DNA from: a virus
Taxonomy: Duplodnaviria; Caudoviricetes
IMG/VR virus record: IMGVR_UViG_3300037308_000082
Coordinates: 1 to 50,965 of that record
Length of the DNA: 50,965 nucleotides
Reading direction: 5' to 3' (one strand)
Below the pieces are notes generated by a model. The model searched no databases and had not been told where the DNA came from. It saw only the letters and a program-made list of their open reading frames with translations. Both the position numbers and the translations under genes were made by a program. This document shows positions 24,066 to 32,611 of the stretch, piece after piece. Position 1 is the stretch's first letter. The number at the start of each line of letters is the position of its first letter.

Positions 24066-24403
24066 TGCCCGAGATCCGCTTCACTCAGACCGCCCGCGAC
24101 TACTTCGCCACGACCGACGCGGGGAAGGCGGTGCTGGCCCCGGCCAGAGGGCGCACCAAGCGCGACCGGATGCGCCGCACTGCACGCCCCACGACGCCGG
24201 TACTGGCTCCCGAGGTCGAGGAACTGTTCGGTAAGGTGCTGCACACAACGACGAAGCGCAAGGACGGCACGGTTGCGCTCGATCTCTCTGACGCTGAGGT
24301 CGAGACCCTGCGCCCCCATGTCGAGCAGTGGGTCGAAGCCGTCGCTGACAACGCCGCGATGTCTCGTGCCGCCACGAGCCTGCTGGAGCAGATTCTCAAC
24401 TAG
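24065..24403 (+). CDS. Hypothetical protein (112 aa)
   Basis: TGATG overlap, GGAGA SD. Confidence 0.6.
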   Translation: MPEIRFTQTARDYFATTDAGKAVLAPARGRTKRDRMRRTARPTTPVLAPEVEELFGKVLHTTTKRKDGTVALDLSDAEVETLRPHVEQWVEAVADNAAMSRAATSLLEQILN

Positions 24404-24429
24404 CATTTCACAACGGGACATGGTATACT
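24401..24429 (+). promoter_or_regulatory. Promoter for the DUF2800/SSB/pol block (TAGCAT-17-TATACT)
   Basis: CATGGTATACT variant of the repeated motif. Confidence 0.5.
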
Positions 24430-24461
24430 GGTCCCGACCACTTCTGAAGGAGGCCACCCCC

Positions 24462-24770
24462 GTGTCCATCACCGTCACGTTCACCCTGCCGGACGACCTG
24501 CCCGCGCTGCAGGCCCTCATCAGCACCTACGCCGTGCCCACCGAGAAGGCGCCGGTCGGCCGGAAGGCCCGGACCAAGAAGATCGAGCCCGAGACCACGC
24601 CCGAGGCCGAGCCCGTCACCCGCGAGGCGCTGACGAAGATCGTCATGGCTCTCGTGGATGAGCACCGTGAGGCTGAGGTCCGTGCTGCGCTGGCTCAGGT
24701 TGGGGCGGCCCGGCTCCGCGACGTCTCCGACGCTGACCTGCCGCGTCTCGCCCAGGCCCTCCCGGCGTGA
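24462..24770 (+). CDS. Hypothetical protein typically found upstream of DUF2800
   Basis: AAGGAGG SD; C-terminal VRAAL..GAARLRDV helical domain. Confidence 0.65.
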   Translation: MSITVTFTLPDDLPALQALISTYAVPTEKAPVGRKARTKKIEPETTPEAEPVTREALTKIVMALVDEHREAEVRAALAQVGAARLRDVSDADLPRLAQALPA

Positions 24771-25903
24771 GTGTGCGGCTCCGGCCATCTGCGGCCTCCC
24801 GGTGGCTCGCCTGCCCTGGCTCTGTCCTCCTCAGTGAGAACGTGCCAGAGGAGTCCAGCGAGTCGTTCTACACCCGCGAGGGGACGCACGCACACACTCT
24901 TGCCGCGCTCCTAGCCGACCGCCAGCAGGGCAAGATCTCTGAGGCCGCCTATGAGGAAGCCAAGGTTGTCTGGACGGCCGAGGGCGAGGCGGCAGGCTTC
25001 GACACAGTGGAGATCACCGAGTACATCACGGACGTCTACCTGCCCTTCCTGATGGAAGCCGTCACCCCAGCAACGATCATGTACGTCGAGCGAGAGTTAG
25101 ACGCCGGGGTCGGTGGCATCGCCGGGACCGGCGACGCTGTGTTGCTTCAGCCCGACACCGGGGTCGTCCACGTCATCGATCTCAAGTACGGCAAGGGCGT
25201 CTACGTCTCCGCAGTCGGCAACCCGCAGTTGCGGCTGTACGGGCTGGGCGCGCTGCGCCTGGCCGACGTGCTTGGCGGCTTCGACCAAGTGTGGATGACG
25301 ATCGTGCAGCCCCGGCTCGGCAACATCACGACCGAACGGCTGACCGTCACCGAGTTGCTTGCCTGGCGAGACGAGGTCGTCGTACCGGGCGTCGAGGCTA
25401 CCAAGGCAGCCGTTCCTACCCTGAACCCTGGTCCGGTCCAGTGCCGGTGGTGTCCGGCGGCTGGTATGTGCCAGGCTCGTGCTGACCAGATGCTCGCCCG
25501 CGAGCGCTTCTTCGAGGCATCGGTTCTTGATGATGCTGCTCTCGCCAGCATCGTTGGGGAGTTGGCCGACGTTCGTATCTGGTGCGACCAGATTGAGGCC
25601 GAGGCCCTGACCCGTGCCAACCGGGGTCACCTGCCCGGCTGGAAGGTGGTCCGGTCAGGCAGCCGCCGGTCGATCTCGGACGGGGCTGCCGCCATCGCCG
25701 CGCTCGTGGCTGCAGGCTACCCTCTGGACGCCGTGCAGCGGGTGCAGGTCGAGACCTTGGGGCGGCTGGAGCGCTTGGTCGGAAAAGCAAACCTGCTGAC
25801 CCTGCTCGGTGACCTCATCGTCAAGAGCGAGGGTACGAAGTCGCTGGCGCCGGAAGACGACCCCCGGCCCGCCGCGACGGACATCGAAGAGGACTTCGCA
25901 TGA
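24767..25903 (+). CDS. DUF2800 / Cas4-like PD-(D/E)XK exonuclease
   Basis: PSAASRWLACPGS, EGT.AH, GTGD, IDLKYGKG, QLRLY, CRWC...C. Confidence 0.9.
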   Translation: MSVRLRPSAASRWLACPGSVLLSENVPEESSESFYTREGTHAHTLAALLADRQQGKISEAAYEEAKVVWTAEGEAAGFDTVEITEYITDVYLPFLMEAVTPATIMYVERELDAGVGGIAGTGDAVLLQPDTGVVHVIDLKYGKGVYVSAVGNPQLRLYGLGALRLADVLGGFDQVWMTIVQPRLGNITTERLTVTELLAWRDEVVVPGVEATKAAVPTLNPGPVQCRWCPAAGMCQARADQMLARERFFEASVLDDAALASIVGELADVRIWCDQIEAEALTRANRGHLPGWKVVRSGSRRSISDGAAAIAALVAAGYPLDAVQRVQVETLGRLERLVGKANLLTLLGDLIVKSEGTKSLAPEDDPRPAATDIEEDFA

Positions 25904-26006
25904 CAGCCCGTCGTGCGACAAAGCGCCGACACCACGTCGGTGACAGAGCGTCGGTCACCGTGGCCGACGACAGAGCGCCCACCAGGGCGAGAGAAGGAGT
26001 GGACTG

Positions 26007-26585
26007 ATGGCTCAGCCCACCCGAGTCGTGACCGGCAAGGTCAGGCTCATGTTCCCCAACCTGTTCCGTCCCGTCGCGCTGCGCGAGGGCCAGGAGCCGA
26101 AGTACTCCGTCATGCTCGTGATCTCCAAAGACGACACGGAGACCATCGAGCGCCTGCGGGCAGCCGAAGCTGAGGCCGAGGCGTTCGGTATCAAGAACAA
26201 GTGGGGTGGCAAGAAGCCGACCCGTGGCTACTCGCCGTCCGTGATCAAGGACGCCGACGAGGACGGCACCGCCGACGAGTACCCCGACCGGAAGAACACG
26301 TACTACATGACGGTCAGTGCCAACTCCCGCTTCGCCCCCGGCATCGTGGACCGCGACCGGGTGGAGATCCTGGACGAGAGCCAGGTGTACTCGGGCGCCT
26401 TCGCCCGCGTCTCCGTGACGGCTTTTGCCTACGACCAGCAGGGCAACAAGGGCGTGTCCTTCGGGCTGAACAACGTCCAGATGCTCGGCGGCGGCGAGCG
26501 CCTGCTCGGCGGCCCGCGTGCCCAAGACGAGTTCGCCGACGACCTGCCGGACGAAGACACGGACTCCGGCAGCGACCTGCTGTAG
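26007..26585 (+). CDS. DUF2815 single-stranded DNA-binding protein
   Basis: VRL.FP, KYS, IKDAD, VYSG...RVS, GNKGVSFGLNNVQ, acidic tail. Confidence 0.9.
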   Translation: MAQPTRVVTGKVRLMFPNLFRPVALREGQEPKYSVMLVISKDDTETIERLRAAEAEAEAFGIKNKWGGKKPTRGYSPSVIKDADEDGTADEYPDRKNTYYMTVSANSRFAPGIVDRDRVEILDESQVYSGAFARVSVTAFAYDQQGNKGVSFGLNNVQMLGGGERLLGGPRAQDEFADDLPDEDTDSGSDLL

Positions 26586-26605
26586 CGAGCAGGTAAGATG
26601 GGACC

Positions 26606-26675
26606 GGCAGGGCCGGGCGGTAGTGGATTGGTCTCCTTCCCGTCCTGGCCCTGCCTCCCCCAAGAAGGAGACCAA
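26606..26675 (+). promoter_or_regulatory. Hairpin whose loop carries a perfect 12-nt complement to the polymerase SD region
   Basis: Stem 26606-26620/26640-26655; loop TTGGTCTCCTTC versus GAAGGAGACCAA (26664-26675). Confidence 0.7.
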
Positions 26676-26677
26676 CT

Positions 26678-28576
26678 GTGACTCGTGTGTATCTGGACAC
26701 TGAGACGTACAGCGAAGTCGATCTGAAGAAGTCCAACGTCTACCGCTACTCCGAGGACCCCTCGTTCGAGATCCTGCTGCTGGGCTACGCGATCGATGAC
26801 GACCCCGTCGCTGTCATCGACAACGTGGCCCGCATCCGACACCTGCTGAGCCGGTGGCGGGCCGACACGTCGGTCACGTTCGTCGCCCACAACGCAGGGT
26901 TTGACAGGGTGGTCCTGAGCCGCGTCCTGGGTCTGCTGACAGGCACCTACCTGGACCCTGCCCAGTGGGACGACACGGCTGCCAGAGCGGCCGTTCAGGG
27001 CTACCCACGGGGCCTGGCAGCACTGGCGACGGCGCTCGGAGTGACCGCGAAGGATACAGCAGGCACTCGACTCATCAACATCTTCTCAAAGCCACAGCGC
27101 GAGGGCCGCATCCGGCCCGAGGACTCCCCTGAGCGGTTCGAGCAGTTCCGCCAGTACTGCGGCAATGATGTTGAGACACTGCGCGAGGTTGATCGTGCGC
27201 TGCTCTCGATGCCCGAGACCGAGAGGCAGTTCTGGCTGCTCGACCAGCGCATCAATGACCGTGGCATCGCCATCGACGGCGAGTTGGCCGAGGGCTGCCG
27301 TGAGGTTGCTACGCTGAACGCCGGACTGGCCAAAACCCGTCTCAGAGACTTGACCGGGCTCGACAACCCGAACAGCACGGCCCAGTTGCGCGGCTGGCTG
27401 GCCGACCACGGCTGTCCTCTCCCCGACATGCAGGCCCGCACCCTGAACGAACTCTCCCGCGACAACCTGGCTCCCGAGGTTCGCAAGGCTCTTGCCCTAC
27501 GTGCAGAGATCGCCGTCGCCAGCAGCAACAAGTTCGATGCTGCAGTACGTGGAGTCAGCCACGACGGCCGCCTGCGGGGCCAGTTTACGTACCACGAGGC
27601 GCTGACCGGCCGGTGGTCGTCGAAGGGCGTGCAGTTGCACAACCTCCCCCGCGAGTCCTTCAGCGACCGTGGCACCGAGGGCTTGGCCATCGCCGACATC
27701 CGGCTTGGGCTCGGCGCCGACATGACCACGCTGAAGCAGTTGGTCCGACCGATGCTCATTGTCAACGGCTGTGTGAGCGACTTCGCTTCGATCGAGGCCC
27801 GTGTCCTGGCCTGGCTGGCGGGAGAGCAGTGGGTGCTTGATGCCTTTGCTGCTGGCCGGGACCTCTACACCGAGACGGCCACACTGATGGGGCCGACCAT
27901 TACGCGAGCGCAGGGCAAGATTGCCGTTCTGGCCTGCGGCTACCAGGGATCGATTGGGTCGCTGCGAGCACAAGGCTACGGCGGGCTGCGACGACCAGAC
28001 GATGCTGAGGAAACCCAGGTGCGTGGGCACCGCGTCCAGGGCGGGCTTCTTGGCGTAGCACAGAAGAGCGCTCTCGGCAGCGAGTACAAGAGCGACGAAG
28101 AACTTCGGCAGATCGTCGAAGCCTGGCGCCAGGCCAACCCCAACATCGTGACGTTCTGGCGGGAACTTGAGAGCGCCTTTCGGCTTGGTGGAGCAGTCGG
28201 CGACAAGATTGTCGTTCGCAGGGCCGACAAGGACCGCTTCGTGCGGCTTCCGTCCGGCCGGGTGCTGTGCTACCGTGACGTCTCGACACGGGGCGACATC
28301 ACCTACGCTCACGTCCGGGGTCAGCGGGCGACGACCTACGGCGGCAAGTTGACGGAGAACGTCACGCAGGCGGTCGCTCGGGACCTGCTGGCCGACGCCC
28401 TCGTCCGGCTCGACGCTGCAGGCTACCCGATCATCGGCCACGTTCACGACGAGGTACTGATCGAGAGCGACGACCCACAGGGTGTCCTGGCGATCATGCG
28501 TACCGGGCCAGCGTGGGCGACTGGGCTCCCGCTTGACGCTTCAGCCGACTCGCTCTACCGCTATGCTAAGAAGTAA
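26678..28576 (+). CDS. Family A DNA polymerase with 3'-5' exonuclease
   Basis: Exo DTET, HNAGFD, YCGNDV; TGRWSS; motif A DFASIEAR; motif B R...K...L..GY; motif C HVHDE. Confidence 0.95.
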   Translation: MTRVYLDTETYSEVDLKKSNVYRYSEDPSFEILLLGYAIDDDPVAVIDNVARIRHLLSRWRADTSVTFVAHNAGFDRVVLSRVLGLLTGTYLDPAQWDDTAARAAVQGYPRGLAALATALGVTAKDTAGTRLINIFSKPQREGRIRPEDSPERFEQFRQYCGNDVETLREVDRALLSMPETERQFWLLDQRINDRGIAIDGELAEGCREVATLNAGLAKTRLRDLTGLDNPNSTAQLRGWLADHGCPLPDMQARTLNELSRDNLAPEVRKALALRAEIAVASSNKFDAAVRGVSHDGRLRGQFTYHEALTGRWSSKGVQLHNLPRESFSDRGTEGLAIADIRLGLGADMTTLKQLVRPMLIVNGCVSDFASIEARVLAWLAGEQWVLDAFAAGRDLYTETATLMGPTITRAQGKIAVLACGYQGSIGSLRAQGYGGLRRPDDAEETQVRGHRVQGGLLGVAQKSALGSEYKSDEELRQIVEAWRQANPNIVTFWRELESAFRLGGAVGDKIVVRRADKDRFVRLPSGRVLCYRDVSTRGDITYAHVRGQRATTYGGKLTENVTQAVARDLLADALVRLDAAGYPIIGHVHDEVLIESDDPQGVLAIMRTGPAWATGLPLDASADSLYRYAKK

Positions 28577-28587
28577 GGAGGCTCGCA

Positions 28588-28905
28588 GTGTTCATCTTCG
28601 ACATCGTGCTGCTCGTGCTCGCAGCGCTTCGCATCACTCGCTTCGTCCTCATCGACAGCCTGGGCCGGTGGTGGTTCGTCGGCCCCGCGCTGAAGCGCAC
28701 GAGGAACAAGAAGTCCGAGAAGTATGTCGAGGGGCTGCTGTCCTGCCCCTTCTGCATCGGCTTCTGGATCTCCCTGGTTGGGGTCGCCACGCTGTACGCT
28801 GCCGGTGGGCCGGGGCAGGCGGCCCTGTGGTGGCGAGCCCTGGCCGGTGTCTGGGCTCTGAGTTACCTCGTCGGACACGGAGTCAACCGCCTTGACTACT
28901 CCTGA
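28588..28905 (+). CDS. DUF1360-like membrane protein
   Basis: LAALRITRF..D...LLSCPFCIGFW motif. Confidence 0.75.
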   Translation: MFIFDIVLLVLAALRITRFVLIDSLGRWWFVGPALKRTRNKKSEKYVEGLLSCPFCIGFWISLVGVATLYAAGGPGQAALWWRALAGVWALSYLVGHGVNRLDYS

Positions 28906-29155
28906 CGAAGTCGTCCGGCGTCTCCGCGAGGTAGCCGAGCAGGCTCCCCTGGCGGTCGCAGCCCTTGTCGAGCAGGGCTGGTCCGAGGACGAGGCTAGGT
29001 GGTTCCTCCGAGCCGCCTTCACCGAGAAGAAGTGGAAGTGCTGTCCGGCCTGTGGGTCACAGTTCCCGCTCGTCCACCTGTGCTCCCTCAACTTGCGTTC
29101 TGCGACGGTTCATGGTATGATGTCTCCGACCACGCGAGAGGAGACCAATCCATGA
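28892..29155 (+). CDS. Hypothetical protein (CCxxC)
   Basis: ORF track; stop overlaps the next start. Confidence 0.5.
   Translation: MTTPDEVVRRLREVAEQAPLAVAALVEQGWSEDEARWFLRAAFTEKKWKCCPACGSQFPLVHLCSLNLRSATVHGMMSPTTREETNP
29093..29121 (+). promoter_or_regulatory. Repeated early promoter (TTGCGT-17-TATGAT)
   Basis: Consensus copy. Confidence 0.8.
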
Positions 29156-29496
29156 ACGTCCACCCGACGATGGACGACAAGTTGGAGACGACTCGCCCGG
29201 CCAGGCAGACCGTTCTCCCGTCGCCCGGCCAGTTCGAGTCGCTAGCCGTGACTCTGTGGACCAACAAGGGTCACGGCTACGTCCGGGCACGAGGCTGGTA
29301 CGACGTCCACTGCGGCACCGGGCAGATCCACCGCGTCTGGATCGACGAGCGTGAGGAACTGCTGGAGCCGATCTCGGCCAACCAGCACGCCCTCATCCTC
29401 AAGGGACTGACGTTCTACGACATTGCGGCCCAGTTGGTTGACTGGGCTCTCGATGGCTACGCGTGCGACTGTGACCCCGGCTACGACGACGAGTGA
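29152..29496 (+). CDS. Hypothetical protein (114 aa)
   Basis: Promoter and GAGGAGACC SD. Confidence 0.7.
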   Translation: MNVHPTMDDKLETTRPARQTVLPSPGQFESLAVTLWTNKGHGYVRARGWYDVHCGTGQIHRVWIDEREELLEPISANQHALILKGLTFYDIAAQLVDWALDGYACDCDPGYDDE

Positions 29497-29507
29497 AGGA
29501 GACCACT

Positions 29508-29762
29508 GTGAGAAAGACACTCCGCCGAGACCTGCTTGTCTCGACTGCTAACCACCAGATCGCGGCCCTTACGAGCGCGGCTATCTCAGCCGACCTAACC
29601 TGGGAACAGGCCAACACGTCTCGGCGAGCCATTTGCACTCTGCTCGAAACCGTGCTGCTTGACTCCAACGCCTACGCTGGCTTCGGCTACCTGGCCACAG
29701 AACTCAACGAGGATGGCACCCTCATCCAAAACTTCGATGACTTGGCACGGAGGTACTACTGA
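29508..29762 (+). CDS. Hypothetical protein (84 aa)
   Basis: GAAGGAGACC SD. Confidence 0.65.
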   Translation: MRKTLRRDLLVSTANHQIAALTSAAISADLTWEQANTSRRAICTLLETVLLDSNAYAGFGYLATELNEDGTLIQNFDDLARRYY

Positions 29763-29845
29763 TGCCTTACATCATCGTCGCCGTTGCCGTCTTCATGTAC
29801 TGGTTCATTGTCTTCGGCGTCGGCTTTTGGCTGGCTTCCCGGTGA
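29762..29845 (+). CDS. Small membrane peptide (27 aa)
   Basis: MPYIIVAVAVFMYWFIVFGVGFWLASR; GGAGG SD, overlaps at both ends. Confidence 0.5.
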   Translation: MPYIIVAVAVFMYWFIVFGVGFWLASR

Positions 29846-30156
29846 CCGGCGACTGCTTCCAGGTCGCGGCCGACCTCACCCTGGCCATCGAAGACCTCGT
29901 GCTGTGCCACGGCAAGCCGCTGGGGACTGGTGGAGAGGCAAAGGGCCTGCGCTACTGGCACGCCTGGGCCGAGTTCGAGAACGTCGTGCTCGACTTCTCC
30001 AACGGAAACAGCGCCGTCGTCCGAGTCGAAGACTACTACGCTCTCGGCACCATCGACCTTAAGCGGGTCCGCCGCTACACCCGCGATGAGGCCATCGCCT
30101 GCATGCGCGCTTACGACCACTACGGCCCCTGGCCAGAAGGAGACTCAGACCAGTGA
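29842..30156 (+). CDS. Small transglutaminase/papain-like Cys-His-Asp protein
   Basis: GDCF...HG...HAWAE...VLD pattern. Confidence 0.55.
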   Translation: MTGDCFQVAADLTLAIEDLVLCHGKPLGTGGEAKGLRYWHAWAEFENVVLDFSNGNSAVVRVEDYYALGTIDLKRVRRYTRDEAIACMRAYDHYGPWPEGDSDQ

Positions 30157-30359
30157 CGACGATCAACCCCCCAGGCGAGCAGGTGGCGGCCATGCTGGTC
30201 AAGCACCGCGCCAACGCCATGTCCGTCCCGATGCAGCCCGACGCCACCTGGGCCGACGTGGCGATGAAGGCCCGTGAGATCGCCTTCAACCCCATCACCA
30301 GCCACCGGACCCTGGTGTCCGCGACAGCGCTGCGGCTGGCAGCGGAGGCCGCACAGTGA
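30153..30359 (+). CDS. Hypothetical protein (68 aa, ends EAAQ)
   Basis: GAAGGAG SD; coupled. Confidence 0.6.
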   Translation: MTTINPPGEQVAAMLVKHRANAMSVPMQPDATWADVAMKAREIAFNPITSHRTLVSATALRLAAEAAQ

Positions 30360-30655
30360 GCGGCAAGACCGACCCGAGACTGGACGTGCTGCGGCCACTG
30401 CTGGACGGCAGGCGAGGGTTCGCCATCTCCGTGCTGAACAGCCTGGACGCCGTGGACCCTCGGCGCAGAGCGCTCGACACGCTGGACGCGCTAGACCCGG
30501 CCAGTCCCGAGCACGAGGCGTTGGTGGAGCGGTTGGCGCCACTGCTCTTGCCGGATCAGCGTCCGTCGTGGTCGCTGGTCAACGATGACACTCAGGACAG
30601 GTGTCGGGCAAAGGCCCGCGCCGTCCTCGCCGCACTCCGGGAGGCGGCACAGTGA
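30356..30655 (+). CDS. Hypothetical protein (99 aa, ends EAAQ)
   Basis: GTGA coupling, GGAGG SD. Confidence 0.65.
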   Translation: MSGKTDPRLDVLRPLLDGRRGFAISVLNSLDAVDPRRRALDTLDALDPASPEHEALVERLAPLLLPDQRPSWSLVNDDTQDRCRAKARAVLAALREAAQ

Positions 30656-31185
30656 GCGACCTGGACTGGAAGATCGACGACCTGGACCGCAGGCTGAAGG
30701 CGGTCGAGGAACGGCTTGGTCAGGGCAACGAGACGACCTACTGGCCTCCCAACCCGAGGGAGTCGGATGGCGAACTGCTGGCCCGCCTGGGCACCGACGC
30801 TGTGAAGTGGGCCGAGGAGTTCCTGCGACGGTTCCGTGACAACACGATGGGTCCGATAGATGAGGGACTCATGACCGCGTGGTTCGCGGCGGCGATCGGT
30901 GCGGGCGAGATGAAGAACGCCGTCGCTGTGGCCTACCTGGAGTGGCTGTGGGGACCCGACTGGCGGGGAGTCGCGCAGCGATGGTTCGAGCGTCACTTCG
31001 CTGACGAGACAGAGCCGAGATGGGAGGTCGTCCCGCTTAACGCCGCACTCGACCCGGACACCCCCATCCGGCTCACCATCGTCGGGCCTGCCGGTGACGG
31101 ATGGGACGGTGCGCGTGCGGCCACCGAGTTCCACTGGGACGACGCGCACAGCGTGACCGTGGAAGTTTGGGAGGCCGCACAATGA
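30652..31185 (+). CDS. Hypothetical protein (177 aa, ends EAAQ)
   Basis: GTGA coupling, GGAGG SD. Confidence 0.65.
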   Translation: MSDLDWKIDDLDRRLKAVEERLGQGNETTYWPPNPRESDGELLARLGTDAVKWAEEFLRRFRDNTMGPIDEGLMTAWFAAAIGAGEMKNAVAVAYLEWLWGPDWRGVAQRWFERHFADETEPRWEVVPLNAALDPDTPIRLTIVGPAGDGWDGARAATEFHWDDAHSVTVEVWEAAQ

Positions 31186-31478
31186 GCGGCATCCTCGACA
31201 GGCTGCGGCACTACGGCCTGATTCCTGGCGGCATCATTGCGGTTCGCCCTGGCGACATGAGAGGCGCTCTGGTGAAGGCCGACGACGTGCGGGACGCGCT
31301 GCGCTCCGACGAGACGAGGCGCAAGATCACCGAAGTCTTGGCCGAGAATGGGGTGCAGCCGAACACGGACGCCATGCACTCCTGGCGGTGTAACGAACCG
31401 GACCGCTTCCCCGGCTACTGCTCGTGCGTGCCGCAACTGGTGGACGACCTGATCGACGTGCTGGCGGGAGGCGAGTGA
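31182..31478 (+). CDS. Hypothetical protein (HSWRC...C.C)
   Basis: ATGA coupling. Confidence 0.65.
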   Translation: MSGILDRLRHYGLIPGGIIAVRPGDMRGALVKADDVRDALRSDETRRKITEVLAENGVQPNTDAMHSWRCNEPDRFPGYCSCVPQLVDDLIDVLAGGE

Positions 31479-31576
31479 TGGAGCCTCGTGACCCCGACCC
31501 CCGGCTGGCCGAATGGCTCGCCGCCGTTGGCATCGCGTTCATCGCGTTCATCATGCTGTGGCTGGCGCTGTCGTGA
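31478..31576 (+). CDS. Small membrane peptide (32 aa)
   Basis: MEPRDPDPRLAEWLAAVGIAFIAFIMLWLALS; TGATG overlap. Confidence 0.5.
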   Translation: MEPRDPDPRLAEWLAAVGIAFIAFIMLWLALS

Positions 31577-31710
31577 CCTCGACCGAGGACCCCGACAAGC
31601 CCCCGATGAGTTGGACCGGCTGCCTGGTGTGGGGTGCTGGGCTGGTGCTCGCGGTCGTCATCTGGGGCCTGTTCGTGATCTGGGTCTGGTACTGGCTGGA
31701 GCAGCGATGA
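31573..31710 (+). CDS. Small Trp-rich membrane protein (45 aa)
   Basis: One transmembrane helix; coupled. Confidence 0.5.
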   Translation: MTSTEDPDKPPMSWTGCLVWGAGLVLAVVIWGLFVIWVWYWLEQR

Positions 31711-31874
31711 GCGACTACACGATCACCGTCAAGGTCCCGTTCACCTACGACGGCGAGGGGAACGTCACCGCTATCGGGCTGGCCTACCTGCTCGACGCCA
31801 TCGCCGACGAGCACTTGTCCAGCCGCCAACCCGAAGGCGTGACCATCCGGGTGAAGAAGCATGTGCGTTCCTGA
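31707..31874 (+). CDS. Hypothetical protein (55 aa)
   Basis: ATGA coupling. Confidence 0.5.
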   Translation: MSDYTITVKVPFTYDGEGNVTAIGLAYLLDAIADEHLSSRQPEGVTIRVKKHVRS

Positions 31875-31989
31875 GTTCTGCGCCGACTGTTGGGAGCGTG
31901 CCCGGCGCCGATGGCAACTCGGCGGCAGCACCGAGTCCGTCGAAAAGATCTACTACGACCTGCTCGAACAACACGACGAAGATCCGTGA
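31861..31989 (+). CDS. Small hypothetical protein (42 aa, CxxC)
   Basis: Read by hand; ends just before the next promoter. Confidence 0.4.
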   Translation: MCVPEFCADCWERARRRWQLGGSTESVEKIYYDLLEQHDEDP

Positions 31990-31998
31990 CCTGCCGAC

Positions 31999-32027
31999 TT
32001 GCGCTTTGCGAGAGTTCATGGTATAAT
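31999..32027 (+). promoter_or_regulatory. Repeated early promoter (TTGCGC-17-TATAAT)
   Basis: Near-duplicate of the 22618 promoter and leader. Confidence 0.8.
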
Positions 32028-32056
32028 GGTATCACCACCGAGAGAAGGAGACCATC

Positions 32057-32563
32057 ATGACTACTCAGACCGCCACTTCAGCCCAAATCAACTACCTCCG
32101 CAAGTTGATCGACGGCAAGGAGTGGCCCGCCGCTCCGGCGTGGCAGGACCGCAAGGTCTCGCTTGGAGTCGAGATCACCAGCGGCCTGCTCACCAAGAAG
32201 ACAGCCTCGCTCGCCATCGAAACCCTGAAGGACCTCCCCTGGGCGCCGAAGACCACCGACACCGGCACTCCCGCTGAAGAGGGCTACTACGTCTTGGACA
32301 ACAAGGTCTACCGCGTCCGGACGAGCAAGGCCGGTCGGCGCTACGCACTCGTGCTCACCGCGACCCCGGCCAGCAACGGTTCCCGGCGCTACTCCTGGGA
32401 GTACACCAAGGGCGTCGTCTACCGGCTCACCGAGCGCCTGACGGTTGAGGAAGCCGCCAAGCGTGGCCACCTGGACGGCGTGTGCATCATCTGCTGCAAG
32501 GCGCTGACGGACCCCGAGTCGGTCGAGCGTGGCATCGGCCCGGTGTGTGTCTCCCGGCTCTGA
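32057..32563 (+). CDS. DUF6011-like zinc-ribbon protein
   Basis: C-terminal CIIC...LTDPESVERGIGPVC. Confidence 0.75.
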   Translation: MTTQTATSAQINYLRKLIDGKEWPAAPAWQDRKVSLGVEITSGLLTKKTASLAIETLKDLPWAPKTTDTGTPAEEGYYVLDNKVYRVRTSKAGRRYALVLTATPASNGSRRYSWEYTKGVVYRLTERLTVEEAAKRGHLDGVCIICCKALTDPESVERGIGPVCVSRL

Positions 32564-32574
32564 AGCCGCTTCAA

Positions 32575-32611
32575 CGACGGCGGCGCTCTCTCCTACGGAG
32601 CGCCGCCGTCG
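32575..32611. terminator. 14-bp GC hairpin at the convergence of the two genome arms
   Basis: CGACGGCGGCGCTC / GAGCGCCGCCGTCG; no U-tract. Confidence 0.55.

Noticed and set aside
24767-25903. Cas4-like gene as part of a CRISPR system
   Set aside because: It is the usual DUF2800-DUF2815-PolA phage replication block; no array or other cas genes were seen.
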